Origin: Amoebidium appalachense
Taxonomy: Eukaryota; Protista; Ichthyosporea
DNA length: 64,000 nucleotides
Direction: 5' to 3'
Assembly: GCA_963693365.1 (NCBI GenBank)
Contig: CAVNZM010000008.1
Span: 3,749,572 to 3,813,571 of the forward strand
Positions 52,676-64,000 of the stretch are shown here, in pieces. The translations under genes were made by a program, and so were the position numbers. Each line of letters starts with the position of its first letter. The first letter of the stretch is position 1. The notes beneath the pieces were generated by a model. That model did not search any database. It saw only the letters and a program-made list of their open reading frames with translations, and was not told the DNA's origin.

Positions 52676-53809
52676 TGTATATGTCATATCCGGATTAAAT
52701 TCTGAAAACACAATAGACGAATCAATTTTTCTTAATGAAAATACAAAAGACGAAACAAAAAATTGTGTCGACATAAGACTTGTATTGAGCAGAGCCCACA
52801 TCAGACGGGGGTTTCAAAAGAACAGTCTCCATTACCTTTCTCAAACACATGCTCACATGTGAAATTGGGCGGGCGGGGGCCGGGGGGAGGGAGGGGGGCG
52901 GGAGAGGGGGGGGGAAGAAAGGGGGGAGGGGCGGGTTGAATGCGTCCTAAAGTACGAAGTACACATGAAGAACGGGTAACAAGATTCAGAATGCAAACCA
53001 TCATGATATAAAGAGTATGCATGATAAGCAGAGCCCATCCTCAGGGGGGGCCCACGTCATCCACAGTATCTGATTTTCGACCCATTGACCTCATCAACTG
53101 AACCCAACTCAGATACTGTTTCACTAAGCTTGAACATGGGTGGGTCACCCGTCTTGATCAGAGACGAGCAGGGTTACTTGTGCGAGCACACAACACGTAA
53201 GGGCAGTGGGAAAGGCCGGGGGTTAAAGTTGCAGCAGTAAGCAGAAGCAAGAAAAATATAGATAGGAACTCAGGAAACGGGGCCTCTGGGAAGCTCCCCC
53301 GTTGCTACCTAAGTCATACTTCCCTGGCTAATTAGTACCACACCAGCTAAACGAATTAAGTCCCTGGGGGGAGGGGGAGGGGGGGAGGGGAGGGGGGAGA
53401 GGGGGGGGGGGGGGGGAGATGTATGGATTACGGGGTGGCAACAAGGGGGGGGGGGGGGGGGGAGGGGGAAGAGGGGGGGTCGGGTAGTGTATAGATGTAT
53501 GCGCGTCGCGTGCATGTATGCGTGTATGTGTGTGTGTGTGGGGGGGGGGGGGGGGGGGGGGGGAGCGTACTGTGTGTGGCGCGGGTGTGTGTGTGTGCGT
53601 CTGCCTGCCTGCGTGTCTGGGTGTGAACTAGCGGGTGGTTTTGTGGGTGGTGGGCTGGTGTGTGTGTGTGTGTCATTGAGCCTGTGCATGTGTCCCTGAG
53701 CAAAAGTGTTTGGTTGTGCCACTTTGTAGGAGGGCGGGAAGGTACTACCGAGGGAAGGCCGTGTGGAAGAGGGCCGTGTGGAAGAGTGGGGGGGGGTAGG
53801 GGGGAGGGA

Positions 53810-53880
<71 letters not shown>

Positions 53881-54619
53881 TGTATATGTCATATCCGGAT
53901 TAAATTCTGAAAACACAATAGACGAATCAATTTTTCTTTATGAAAATACAAAAGACGAAACAAAAAGACGAAACAAAAAATTGTGTCGACATAAGACTTG
54001 TATTGAGCAGAGCCCACATCTGACGGGGGTTTCAAAAGAACAGTTTCCATTACCTTTCTCGAACACATGCTCACATGTGAAATTGGGCGGGCGGGGGCCG
54101 GGGGGAGGGGAGGGGGCGGGAGAGGGGGGGGGGAAGAAAGGGGGGGAGGGGCGGGTTGAATGCGTCCTAAAGTACGAAGTACACATGAAGAACGGGTAAC
54201 AAGATTCAGAATGCAAACCATCATGATATAAAGAGTATGCATGATAAGCAGAGCCCATCCTCAGGGGGGGCCCACGTCATGCACAGTATCTGATTTTCGA
54301 CCCATTGACCTCATCAACTGAACCCAACTCAGATACTGTTTCACTAAGTTTGAACATGGGTGGGTCACCCGTCTTGATCAGAGACGAGCAGGGTTACTTG
54401 TGCGAGCACACAACACGCAAGGGCAGTGGGAAAGGCCGGGGGTTAAAGTTGCAGCAGTAAGCAGAAGCAAGAAAAATATAGATAGGAACTCAGGAGACGG
54501 GGCCTCTGGGAAGCTCCCCCGTTGCTACCTAAGTCATACTTCCCTGGCTAATTAGTACCACACCAGCTAAACGAATTAAGTCCCTGGGGGGAGGGGGGAG
54601 GGGGGAGGAGGGGGGGGGA

Positions 54620-54650
<31 letters not shown>

Positions 54651-54681
54651 AGATGTATGGATTACGGGGTGGCAACAAGGG
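52223..54681. repeat. Near-identical ~1.22-kb tandem duplication containing the repeat family seen at 14291-14905
   Basis: Unit 1 ~52223-53447, unit 2 ~53448-54681; both start in poly-G before GGTCGGGTAGTGTATAGATG and end GATTACGGGGTGGCAACAAGGG. Confidence 0.93.
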
Positions 54682-54890
54682 AAGCAAAAACATTGAAAAA
54701 TTGCAAATAGGATTAGAACCCCACCTGATGTACATGTGGTTTTATAATGAAATTTACTAAAGTTTACATCGGAGCATCAGACAGGGCTAATCATGGATAT
54801 ATAGTACAGTTGCCATGGACACAACGAGAAAATCCACAGGGATGTACAGCGCAAAAGATGGGTGGGTGTGTGGGGTGGGGTGTGTGTGTG

Positions 54891-54921
<31 letters not shown>

Positions 54922-55663
54922 ATTTGGGGGGGGGGGGGGGGGGGGGGGAGGGAGATGATGGTATGGACAGCAGAGATATGTGAAAGTGGTTTCATTGTTT
55001 CATTGAGGTGAATTGGGAGGGTGCCGCAGACACCCACGCGCGAAGGTCCATTATTGGTAGCCTCTGTTTGCTACCCATGCTATTATTAGATTACATTTGC
55101 ATGCATGTGCAAGATATTATAATGCTAACACGACTTTTGAGATATATTGCGTCGACTAAATTAACCGCTGTTTCTGCCGCAGTGGATATTCGCACTCCGA
55201 GATAACACAACCGAATTACACCGCAAATTTAGGGTTCGAGAAAACTTGACAAGCACAATAAAGGAAGACAACAGCCGAGGAGCACTAGGTGAACCCCCCC
55301 TTAGGTATTATTAGATCATTCTTTCATTCATTCGGTACACTTTTAGATAATCCAAGGGATATGAACTACGACTGAAAAGAAAGCTCAAGCCTCAACAATA
55401 AAAAAACCGCAAGAGAAAGCCAAAAAGGAAAACAACAACAGAACACAATGCCCGTGTTTTGGCAATATTTGTCGCGACACTCCTTTCAAATACATTGCCA
55501 AAAAAAATAAAAAAATAAAAAAAATTTGAAAACTCACCCGCAACCACCAAAGACCACACTAATATACAAAAGAAACACACCGAACAACTACAACCACCCC
55601 CTAGAAGGCTATAATAAGCTTACTAACCCTTTAGCACACCATTTAAACACTACTATAGGCATA

Positions 55664-56664
55664 CTATACAGCGGTAGCTTGGGCCTCAAATCCCATGTTA
55701 TCAGTGCAAGCAGACATGATGGCATTATACACCACCACGGGATTAACCTCAAACTCCCTGGGTGAATATTGCGGCACATACCGTCCCGTTGTGGCTGCAA
55801 ATTCAACACTGCGCCCCCCCGAAATTATCCCGCTCTGACCAACACACCTCCCTTTATCGAACTCCGACCGCGGTCGTTCGTCGTGTGCCTTTTGCGCGCG
55901 GGAGAGAGACCGCTCAACAGTTTTCAGGGTCCTTTTTGCCTTACTGATTTCCGATTTAATTTGCTCAACTAAGTCGGTGCAACTGGACTGAACAAGAAGA
56001 GAAAGCTGCTTACGTGAAGCCAGCCATAGGGGCTCGCCAGGGTTGGAGAGTGTGTCCTGAGCTCGCATCCACGCCTCCGTGTACCGAGTGCGCGCTACCT
56101 TAAACACCTCCTCCCCGTAACGGTCGACTACCATGTGCGCACGCTCCAATTTCTTCCACCCCATGTTCAAGTGCCTCTGCACACAGTCCCTGTGCACACA
56201 GTGCCTGCATTCCTGTGTCACCAAAAGGTCCAAATCATCCTTTATGGCAGTAACGCGCTCCCGCAAGTCCGAAAGAAGCTTTTGGCACGCCCCAATGGCT
56301 TCCTCGAGAATTTTTCGCTGTTCGCTTTCTATCGCTGCCAGAGCTTTCTGGTCGGCGCTGTTTTCCAAATGCTTCCGGAAAACCTTGATGCTATTGTCCG
56401 GTTCACTGTGACGCCTGAAGTTTAACGCCGAAAAAATGGACCCTCTCCGGTTGGAATTCGAAGCGGTCGATACAGTTGAGATCGAGGAAAGAGAGATAGC
56501 GACGACCGGCGGGAGGGAATGTCTTGGGTGCCACTACTACCAGTACTCTTGGGAGAATCTGCCGCGGGGAGAGAGATGCTGCGTTGGTGAAAGGCACTCT
56601 CTTCAGAGGAACTCTCGCTAGCTCCGCTCAACCGCGGTGTCAAGTCATCTTTACGTGTGAACAT
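55664..56664 (-). CDS. Intronless hypothetical protein (~330 aa, Ser-rich N-terminus then helical/coiled-coil region) split by a 2-nt frameshift near 56490
   Basis: ORF 56664-56422 (MFTRKDD..SRRSSLSL) and the frame of ORF 56368-55664 (open upstream through SSISTVSTASNSNRRGSIF..KVFRKHLEN) join if one CT is removed from CTATCTCTCTTTCC; non-repetitive, protein-like composition; no family recognised. Confidence 0.55.
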
Positions 56665-58309
56665 GATAGATAAACGACAATAAAATCCTCAATCATAGAG
56701 TGGCGAACTGGCAACATAAAAAGGCCAAAACTAGAACTTGCATTAACCCGTTGGACGATAGTGATAACAGTTGACTTCGCATTAAATAGCGTGCTACGCA
56801 CGGCTTCTCTCAGTTTGACAGGTTCAGATGTCCTTGAGCGACTGCGTAACCCGAACGTAGGGTCCCGTATGTTGAACGGCAAAACTGCACAAGCAACCCA
56901 CAGCGGGGCGAGGTTAAATCACTCAATACTATTAGTTCTTAAGCGCCTGGATGTGCACAATCGGTTTTTCTTGCTTTGAGCCGGCTCCTATATCCTTTGC
57001 TGTCGTGTTTGTGACTACATGCTAGGCATTTTGGTCCTACAACCGCTGAAAGGCGTCACCGAACGAGAGGACTGGCCTCAGAGGACGACCGAACTCCCAC
57101 TGTTTGCACCAATTATCTTGGACTTGCGCGTATACTGAAAGCTCTAGAAGAAAAAATAAAATAAAAGATACAACACCTCTGTAAGCCGTTTTACGACCTA
57201 CAAGATGATAAGCCAGAACCTCTCTCGTAGCGTGCGAAAAGCCATGGTCGAAAAACTGAAACATGAAAAGGCTTTGCGCTCGGCTGAAGTTGGTTCAAAC
57301 GGATTCCATTTCCGAGTTGGTGAACAAATGCGTGCCCTGATGTGATCTCCCACGCATCCCCACTTTTTCAAGAACTTAAAAAACAGTGATATATATAGAA
57401 GTCAAACCTTGGCAGTGAGGCACATCTTATAGCGTCAATAAACAATATTATATCACTAAGTTGTAATGTATGCCAGAATGTGCTTTATAGAAGAAATATG
57501 AGCTATTGTATAAGCCTAAAAAGAAATGCCTAAATGCATAAATTTGTCGAGCGAAGCAAGGGGGACCTATTCATCTTTACAATGCGGCGATTGATGGCGT
57601 CAAGTAACAGGGCCAGCAGAGGTCAGATGTTTTATTGTCAGAAACATATTGCTTCCAAAAAAAAGGGTGACATTTTTTATAAATAAAAAATCTAATAAAA
57701 AAGGGTTCTGCAAAAACATTTACAAACGCCTTAGGTAAGCAATGGCTTTTATAGAGGGGCCGTCTTTATCTGAGTATCAGCATTCCAGAAATCATGGCAT
57801 CATACATGTAAATCAGGGGCGTTTGGTTCCAAAGGGAATGTTTATTGGCGCCGAGAAAAGCACTCAAAGACGATCGTGATATGATAAGCAAATAGTACTT
57901 GGTGTGAAGCTCCCCACAAACCATTCAAATTAAACCTTATTCGGCACCATTCTGTAGTTCTTTTCATCATTTAAGTATTATTAGTATGTCTTTATGCTAT
58001 AAGAAATAAATCATTATATTTTATGTTAAATTATACTTGTTTTTGCTTACTTAGTACTAAAGGTTGCCCAAAAAAGCTTCGACGTTAGCTGCTTAGCTGT
58101 CATTTCTGAGTTTGGGGGGCTAAAGGTGATCTGGAAAAAAGCCTTTCGGTGTGTACATGATATGACAACAAACACTTCTCTAGTTTTCATTATAATATAA
58201 TAAAAAAATAAAACGAGAAAGATAACATGTATAAATCAATTCCCTAATACTAAGTTTAATCTCACCATGGGCGAAATCAAGTCAATAATAATGGACACAC
58301 AAATGTTTA

Positions 58310-58450
58310 CAGTGTGGACTGGATATGGGCACCACTGGATATGGACACATCTGGATATGGGCACCTCTGGCGGCCGACCCGGCCCGATTGGGTCAGATCG
58401 GGCCGGGTGTTGACTCGACCCGGATTTTCGGGTCAGATTCGGGTCAACCA
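58310..58450. repeat. Short direct and inverted repeats (CTGGATATGG x3; GGGTCAGAT / CCCGG palindromes)
   Basis: CTGGATATGGGCAC-like word three times at 58319-58364; GACCCGGCCCGAT..ATCGGGCCGGGT hairpin and repeated CGGGTCA words; resembles transposon subterminal arrays. Confidence 0.6.
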
Positions 58451-58474
58451 ATCGGATGCGTGCACTTTGCTTTT

Positions 58475-59135
58475 TGTGACGTAGAATACCGACCACCCCT
58501 AGCAACCCTATATGTGAAGAAAAAAAACTGAAGCTCCTGGCTCCGGCCCCCCCTTTTATACTGCCGTCTTTATTGTGACGGGGGGGCTCTACGTTCCGGG
58601 GGGGTTCTTCACATATAGGGTTGCTAGGGGTGGCCATGGTCGGTATTCTACGTCACATGGCTAACCAGCGAGAGAAGGATTATCATAGTGTGCGTCCTCG
58701 CACATGAGGCTAAGACATGGCTGTATAGTGTGGGTGCGTGCAGCAAGTTAACGTAAGGGTGTGGAGAGCGGGTGTTAGGTGTATTTGCTAGGGGCTGGGT
58801 AAACCTCCAAACCATACCCCTGACCGCACGTAGGTGGGCTGCAGTGCCTCTGAGGATGTCCTCACGTGGGTACAAAGAAAAGCAGCACAAGCGGATGCAA
58901 GCGAGCAGGACAATACACAAAAATAAAAATAAACAAAAATAAAAAATAAAAAAAATAAAAAATATAACGTAGAGCCCCCCCCCGTCACAATAAAGACGGC
59001 AGTATAAAAGGGGGGGCCGGAGCCAGGAGCTTCAGTTTTTTTCCTTCACACAAACACAAACCAAACTCGTGTCCCCGGTGTCGAGGCCATCCCGTTCATT
59101 ACGTTGTTACATTTTGGCGCGCTCCCCGGCAAAGG
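58475..59135 (+). mobile_element. LTR-like element (TG...CA) with internal fold-back duplications, TATA box and primer-binding-site-like sequence
   Basis: Begins TGTGACG (58475), TATAAAAG at ~59003, ends GTTACA (59111) followed by TTTTGGCGCGCTCCCC (PBS-like). 58475-58521 is inverted at 58604-58657 and 58513-58595 is inverted at 58966-59050. Confidence 0.55.
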
Positions 59136-59275
59136 CTTGGCACGCTGGCCGCTCTGCCGGCTCATTCTGCAACGTGTACGTTCCGGTTCGTTCGGTTCGT
59201 CTTCACTTCTCGTTTCGTATCACTGTGTTTGGTGCTCTTTTTAAGTTTTCACTGGAGTCAAAGTTTTTAAGTAAC

Positions 59276-60215
59276 TGTAACACGGGATACGTATGTATAC
59301 ACCTAATGAAAGCGAAGTTGACGATAATCGTCACACGTGGACTGTCCAGTACGCACTCTTGTCCGTGCACTGCCGCCCGGCTGAGTCCATCCCAACACAA
59401 TTGCACAGGCACTTCTGGATGAGACTGTAAAGTATCCTCACGGACACTTCAGTGTAAAATGTATGTGTATGAGTGTAAACGGGGTTCACTCTGAACTGGA
59501 TTTCAGAGGATCGATGCGTGCGTTTATATACGGATGGTCGACCCGGACAAGATTACTTGACCAATTACACAACTCCCTAGCCGACCAATCATATTACAGA
59601 TTAGTACAGGGCTAGTAATTACTGTGTGTGACTACTTGGTCTCTTGCCGGTTCTAACACTCATATATAATCTTTACTGCTGCATGACTTATGACTTACAC
59701 AGCCCCGAAATATACTCCAAATAAACAGGTACCAGTACTTTTCCTGTTTGTGACTTTGGTTACCAGTTACCTTTCGGAGTGCTGTCTCTCTCACATGTGT
59801 AACTGCAGGTTTACAACGACCACTCATTGCAGCTGGACTTTACCGGGATGCCCTCAACATGACTGGTCGAATATGAGACTCCCCAATCACTCACAACCTG
59901 CTTGTTAGTTATTCGTTCTCTATGGCCGCAGCATTTACGTGTTCCAATCAACACAGAAGAGGCCATAAGTGTCCACTCACGCGAGTCTCACTGTAGTTCG
60001 TTTCCAAGTAACCGAACATATGTAATTGTATTTGATCATCCGATTGGAAAAGCAGATATAACATTTATGATTGGCTCATTCATCAGCAAACGCCGACATC
60101 TGACTGGATGAGCCGGCACCGACGAATTGTAAATAAAGCAAATAGATCTGAATAGATCTGAATCGATCGATTGACACGAATGCTCGCCGCGGAGACATAA
60201 CAATCCCCCCCTCAG
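59276..60215 (-). mobile_element. Polypurine tract and putative 3' LTR of the Gypsy element
   Basis: On minus strand GAGGGGGGGAT|TGTTATG with LTR start at 60202, 50 nt after the pol stop; probable end ..GTGTTACA at 59276; TATA-like TATATAAA (minus, ~59523-59530). Left boundary unconfirmed because the 5' LTR is outside the window. Confidence 0.65.
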
Positions 60216-60251
60216 CAGGAAATCTGAGCTCCGACGAAGAAGAGACAAAGT

Positions 60252-63200
60252 TTAACACATCGATTCAAGTTTCTTTTCCCGCCGTGGGAACAGAACATCG
60301 CGCAACTGCCGTCGTCGTAAAAGACGAGCCGTGCGTGCATCTGTAGCATTTGGTGTCGAGTTAACACTCACCGACTGAGTGACGTCGACCTGTTTGTCTA
60401 CCCGTGGTGTTTTTGGATTTCTAGGAACAACAACCTTAGGATGAGAAGGTTGTCTAACTACCCGACGTTCGTATGCTTGGATTAACTCTGGGCACCATAA
60501 TAAAGACTCTGGACGCCACTGATTGAAAGCCGTGTCGTAGCCTGCAAATTTGACTCGATAATAAGTGGTTGCATGGCCGTTGACTGTAACTACTTTCTTA
60601 TCCAAAATTTTCTCTACCGTGGTGTCCATGCCACCTAACTCTGGAATACCGTTATGCTGGGTGTTAGGACACTGAGAAAACGTCGAAAGAGCACGGAAGG
60701 CAAATTCGTGGTAAGCCTTAATGTCGTCGACGTTATACTGGCGAATATCGTGCTCATTCACCGTATGCCGGAGTTTGTATTCAGTACTACCTATCCGGGC
60801 TAACACTATATATGGACCCAAGAACCGTGGTCTCCATTTCTTCACGGGGCCACCCTTAGCACGGGTGAAATTCCTAACCAACACCTTACTGCCCACTTTA
60901 AAAGTACGGAGAGGAATGTTAGTGTTAGTGCTGTTAGTAAGAGATTCATGTGCTTGCTCTGTACGTTGCCGTGCCACTTCACGGGCATGCAAAACTCGAG
61001 CCAACACCTCCTCCCTATACTTAGTCCACTCTTCCATACGGAGAGGACCAGAGAAGGCAGGAAGCATACTCACATCTAAGAACTCGGTACACTCCTGACC
61101 ATGCACAAGAAAATACGGAGAAAAACCAGTGATAGCATTAGGTGTGGTACGATAAGCATGCACCACAAAAGGAAGTACACTATCCCAGTCAGCGTGCTCC
61201 ATATCCACATATTTTGCTAAACACGATTGAAACACTGCATGTGCACGTTCAGCAACGCCATTTGCTTGAGGGTGGTAAGCAGACGTATGCAACAATGACA
61301 CACCCAACAGTTTACACACCTCACTCATTATTTCAGACAAAAATGAGCTACCCCTATCACTTAACACAGAACGGGGGGGGCCAAAACGAAGACAAACATG
61401 ATGCAAAAACACACGTGCCAACGTCACTGCATCACTTGAACGAATAGGGACAGTTTCAGTCCAACGTGTAGCTAAATCAGTGAGAGTAACAATATAATGA
61501 TTACCCTGCACTGTTTCGGGGAAAGGCCCCATCACATCCATAGCTACCCGTTCAAAAGCCTTAATAAAAGTACCATGATACTGGGGGACCCGACTTCGCA
61601 TGTGTGTGGATTGATTGTGAAATGCACATGCATGACATCCCAACACCTTTCTCTCCACATCCTTACTCATGCCAGGCCAATAATAATTCACTTGCACACG
61701 TTGATATGTACGGGACACACCTAAATGACCCGCCCACGGAGCATCATGCATGTGTTCAAGCACCATATCAACCAAACGAGGGGGAACCCACAAACGTTGA
61801 CCTTGTGGCCCACTTAAATGATAAAGAACACCATCTTGCAACACACATTGGAGAGCACACCTTTTTGTACGATTTTCCCATGTCCGACGTTGGCCTTTGG
61901 TGGGTTTATCCACCGAAAAAACCATATCCCCTGGACGTTGCTCCACTTGACATATCACGTCGTGCAAAAACCTGTCACTGCGTTGTGACGACACCACCTG
62001 TTCCTGAAAAACAGGTGTAGAAAACTGGGAAGGAGAGGTGAACGAATTCGGGGTCCCACCGTGTACCGGGGCCCCTACCTTCACCATACTATCCTTAAGA
62101 GAGGAGATGTCTACTTCAGCAGCCCACACATGCTGATTTGACACGTTGATTGAATCTACTTCAACATTTACTCCATCAAAAGGGTGTGTTTGGGTGAATT
62201 TATCATACTCGATGTATGCATTTCTACTGAGTGCATCACAATCTTTCATACTTTCACCTTTTGCATAAAAAGCCTTGTAATCAAACGAAGCTAACTCTGC
62301 AGCCCACCGTTGCATGCGTTCGTTGGTTAGCTTAGTAAGACCTTTCATGGCTAAAGTAGGTTTGTGATCAGAATACACCTCAAACGTCCTACCTACCAAA
62401 ATATGTCTCCACTCTTTGGTAATGAAATGATAGATAGCATGACTTTCCCGTTCTGGATTACTGTAACGTCGTTCCGTGGGGGAAAATACTCGACTGCCAT
62501 ATGCAACTACTCTATCTACTTTATCCTGTTCTTGATACAGTATGCCACCCTCACTGACTAAACTGGCATCTACCCGAACTCGGAAAATACCTTGTGTGGG
62601 GGAGAAATCGGGGTGAACGAGAACATTATCACTTACCAATACTTCTTTTAACCGTTCAAAAGCTTCTAAAGCTTCAGAGTCCCACAACACGGGGGCTTTT
62701 CTGTCACCACCTGTCTGCTTAGTAAGAGGGTGAGCAATTTCGGCATACCTCCGTATAAAACGACGGAGGTAATTGGTTAGTCCTAGAAACTGCCTGAGCT
62801 GAGTGACCGTTTTAGGGTGAGGCCATTCTGTAATAGCCTTGATTTTACTAGGATCAGGAATAACACCATCCTTCGTGATCCTATGACCCAGGAATTTAAC
62901 ATCTTGCACCCCCACTATGGTCTTTTTACCACTCACTTTCATACCAGCAGCTTCCAACACAGAGAACACTTTTTCACAATTAGAAACTAATTCTTCAAAC
63001 GTTCTCCCTTTGACACATGCGTCATCCATATAACACGCCGTATACGATAAACACGGACGCAAGATATCGCGCATAATACGACACAAATTTGCAGGTGCAT
63101 GCACAAGACCTTGGGGCATCACAGTAAACTGCCACAACTCACCATCGAATGCAAAAGCAGTCTTCTCCTTATCCTCTTCCCTAAGCCGACACTGAAAAAA

Positions 63201-64000
63201 TGCATTTTTCAAATCGAGGACACAGAACCACTTATAGCCATGAAAACTATCAAGTAATTCATCAATACGGGGAAGGGGAAAGAGATCCTTTTTAGTGACA
63301 GAGTTAAGGCCGCGTAGGTCTGTGCACATCCTGTAGGACCCGTCTGGTTTTTTAATTAAAAGTACCGGTGACCGCCACTGACTTTTACTAGGCTCTAAAA
63401 TCTGCATTTCTCGAAATTCACTAATCATTTGCCTACCTGACTCTAATTTCGATTGCTCCATTCGATACTGAGGCATCACCACAGGACTGGCATCACCTGT
63501 ATCAATTGCCACTGTATATCCCTTCACAAAACCGTGATCTTTTGGATGCCTAAGAAATACATTTTTGACTCGATTTAACATGGGAAGAATTAAGGCACGT
63601 TGCTGATCCGTCCAACCTGGATCTACCATACCCCAGGGGAGACTCACTTCACCGGAATCACCCTCCTTGTTACAGTTACTACTTGCACCTTCACCTGCAC
63701 ACACTCCGTCTGCTTTACCAATATCATCACTAGAAGGGCCCTTTTCTGTGGATGAGGGATTGACACCTACTGCATCGGACTGATGACCAGACACCGTGGT
63801 AACCGCAGACACTGAAACACCATCAACCGTAGGCGAGCGACTTCCTGTTGGTGTTGATGTCTCGGGCTGGCCACATGCTTCCGGATTACTAAGTTTATCT
63901 GAAGGTAGCTCGGGGGTGGGGATAACTATTTCTGCAACAACTGTATCGAAAGGCAGCTGCCCTTCGATATATCCCAATCGCGTGCCAGCAGGTATTACTA
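60252..64000 (-). CDS. pol: Ty3/Gypsy LTR retrotransposon Pol polyprotein (RT, RNase H, integrase, chromodomain); 5' part beyond the window
   Basis: Uninterrupted >1240-aa ORF, open to window end: RT (SPVLLIKKPDGSYRMCTDLR, FPLPRIDELL, LDLKNAFFQ, MPQGL, YMDD), RNase H (VDAS, YSDHKP), integrase (H..H..CHAC zinc finger, DVMGP, SDRG, ANGVAER, GPY), chromodomain (VEKILDKK..YYRVKFAGY..NQWRPE). Confidence 0.97.
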   Translation of the reverse strand, partial: VIPAGTRLGYIEGQLPFDTVVAEIVIPTPELPSDKLSNPEACGQPETSTPTGSRSPTVDGVSVSAVTTVSGHQSDAVGVNPSSTEKGPSSDDIGKADGVCAGEGASSNCNKEGDSGEVSLPWGMVDPGWTDQQRALILPMLNRVKNVFLRHPKDHGFVKGYTVAIDTGDASPVVMPQYRMEQSKLESGRQMISEFREMQILEPSKSQWRSPVLLIKKPDGSYRMCTDLRGLNSVTKKDLFPLPRIDELLDSFHGYKWFCVLDLKNAFFQCRLREEDKEKTAFAFDGELWQFTVMPQGLVHAPANLCRIMRDILRPCLSYTACYMDDACVKGRTFEELVSNCEKVFSVLEAAGMKVSGKKTIVGVQDVKFLGHRITKDGVIPDPSKIKAITEWPHPKTVTQLRQFLGLTNYLRRFIRRYAEIAHPLTKQTGGDRKAPVLWDSEALEAFERLKEVLVSDNVLVHPDFSPTQGIFRVRVDASLVSEGGILYQEQDKVDRVVAYGSRVFSPTERRYSNPERESHAIYHFITKEWRHILVGRTFEVYSDHKPTLAMKGLTKLTNERMQRWAAELASFDYKAFYAKGESMKDCDALSRNAYIEYDKFTQTHPFDGVNVEVDSINVSNQHVWAAEVDISSLKDSMVKVGAPVHGGTPNSFTSPSQFSTPVFQEQVVSSQRSDRFLHDVICQVEQRPGDMVFSVDKPTKGQRRTWENRTKRCALQCVLQDGVLYHLSGPQGQRLWVPPRLVDMVLEHMHDAPWAGHLGVSRTYQRVQVNYYWPGMSKDVERKVLGCHACAFHNQSTHMRSRVPQYHGTFIKAFERVAMDVMGPFPETVQGNHYIVTLTDLATRWTETVPIRSSDAVTLARVFLHHVCLRFGPPRSVLSDRGSSFLSEIMSEVCKLLGVSLLHTSAYHPQANGVAERAHAVFQSCLAKYVDMEHADWDSVLPFVVHAYRTTPNAITGFSPYFLVHGQECTEFLDVSMLPAFSGPLRMEEWTKYREEVLARVLHAREVARQRTEQAHESLTNSTNTNIPLRTFKVGSKVLVRNFTRAKGGPVKKWRPRFLGPYIVLARIGSTEYKLRHTVNEHDIRQYNVDDIKAYHEFAFRALSTFSQCPNTQHNGIPELGGMDTTVEKILDKKVVTVNGHATTYYRVKFAGYDTAFNQWRPESLLWCPELIQAYERRVVRQPSHPKVVVPRNPKTPRVDKQVDVTQSVSVNSTPNATDARTARLLRRRQLRDVLFPRREKKLESMC

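Noticed and set aside
60721-62561. Plus-strand ORFs overlapping pol
   Set aside because: Antisense shadows of the Gypsy pol ORF.

Overview
Eukaryotic, intron-rich genomic DNA (GT-AG introns packed with (CA)n/(GT)n, (CT)n and long poly-G/poly-C runs); nearly all ORFs in the supplied track are microsatellite noise, so gene models were spliced by hand. Three intact spliced genes: the 3' part of a bacterial-type glutamine-synthetase-like ligase (+, 42-6169, GlnA4-like, E-flap replaced by Trp), a 17-exon PLAT/LH2-domain phosphatidylinositol-phosphate kinase (-, 8883-21922) and a 7-exon POT/PTR peptide transporter (+, 45590-51763). Between them lies a ~20 kb decayed accessory block: an intron-containing sacsin/NOV-type GHKL-ATPase pseudogene (25704-33608), a degenerate Gypsy RT relic, a KDZ/Zisupton-like transposase pseudogene (SWIM + CxC + zinc knuckle, ~36500-41243) and a Helitron-like 3' end. 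The right end has a 1.2 kb tandem duplication carrying a hammerhead-like repeat also present in a kinase intron, a frameshifted intronless orphan ORF, a fold-back LTR/PBS, and an intact chromodomain-bearing Gypsy pol with PPT and 3' LTR running off the window. Most notable: strand-polarised GT/G versus CA/C repeats at intron ends, the repeatedly tandem hammerhead-like element, an unexplained multibranch RNA-like structure at ~23150, and the sacsin+KDZ block. The organism cannot be identified from the sequence alone.
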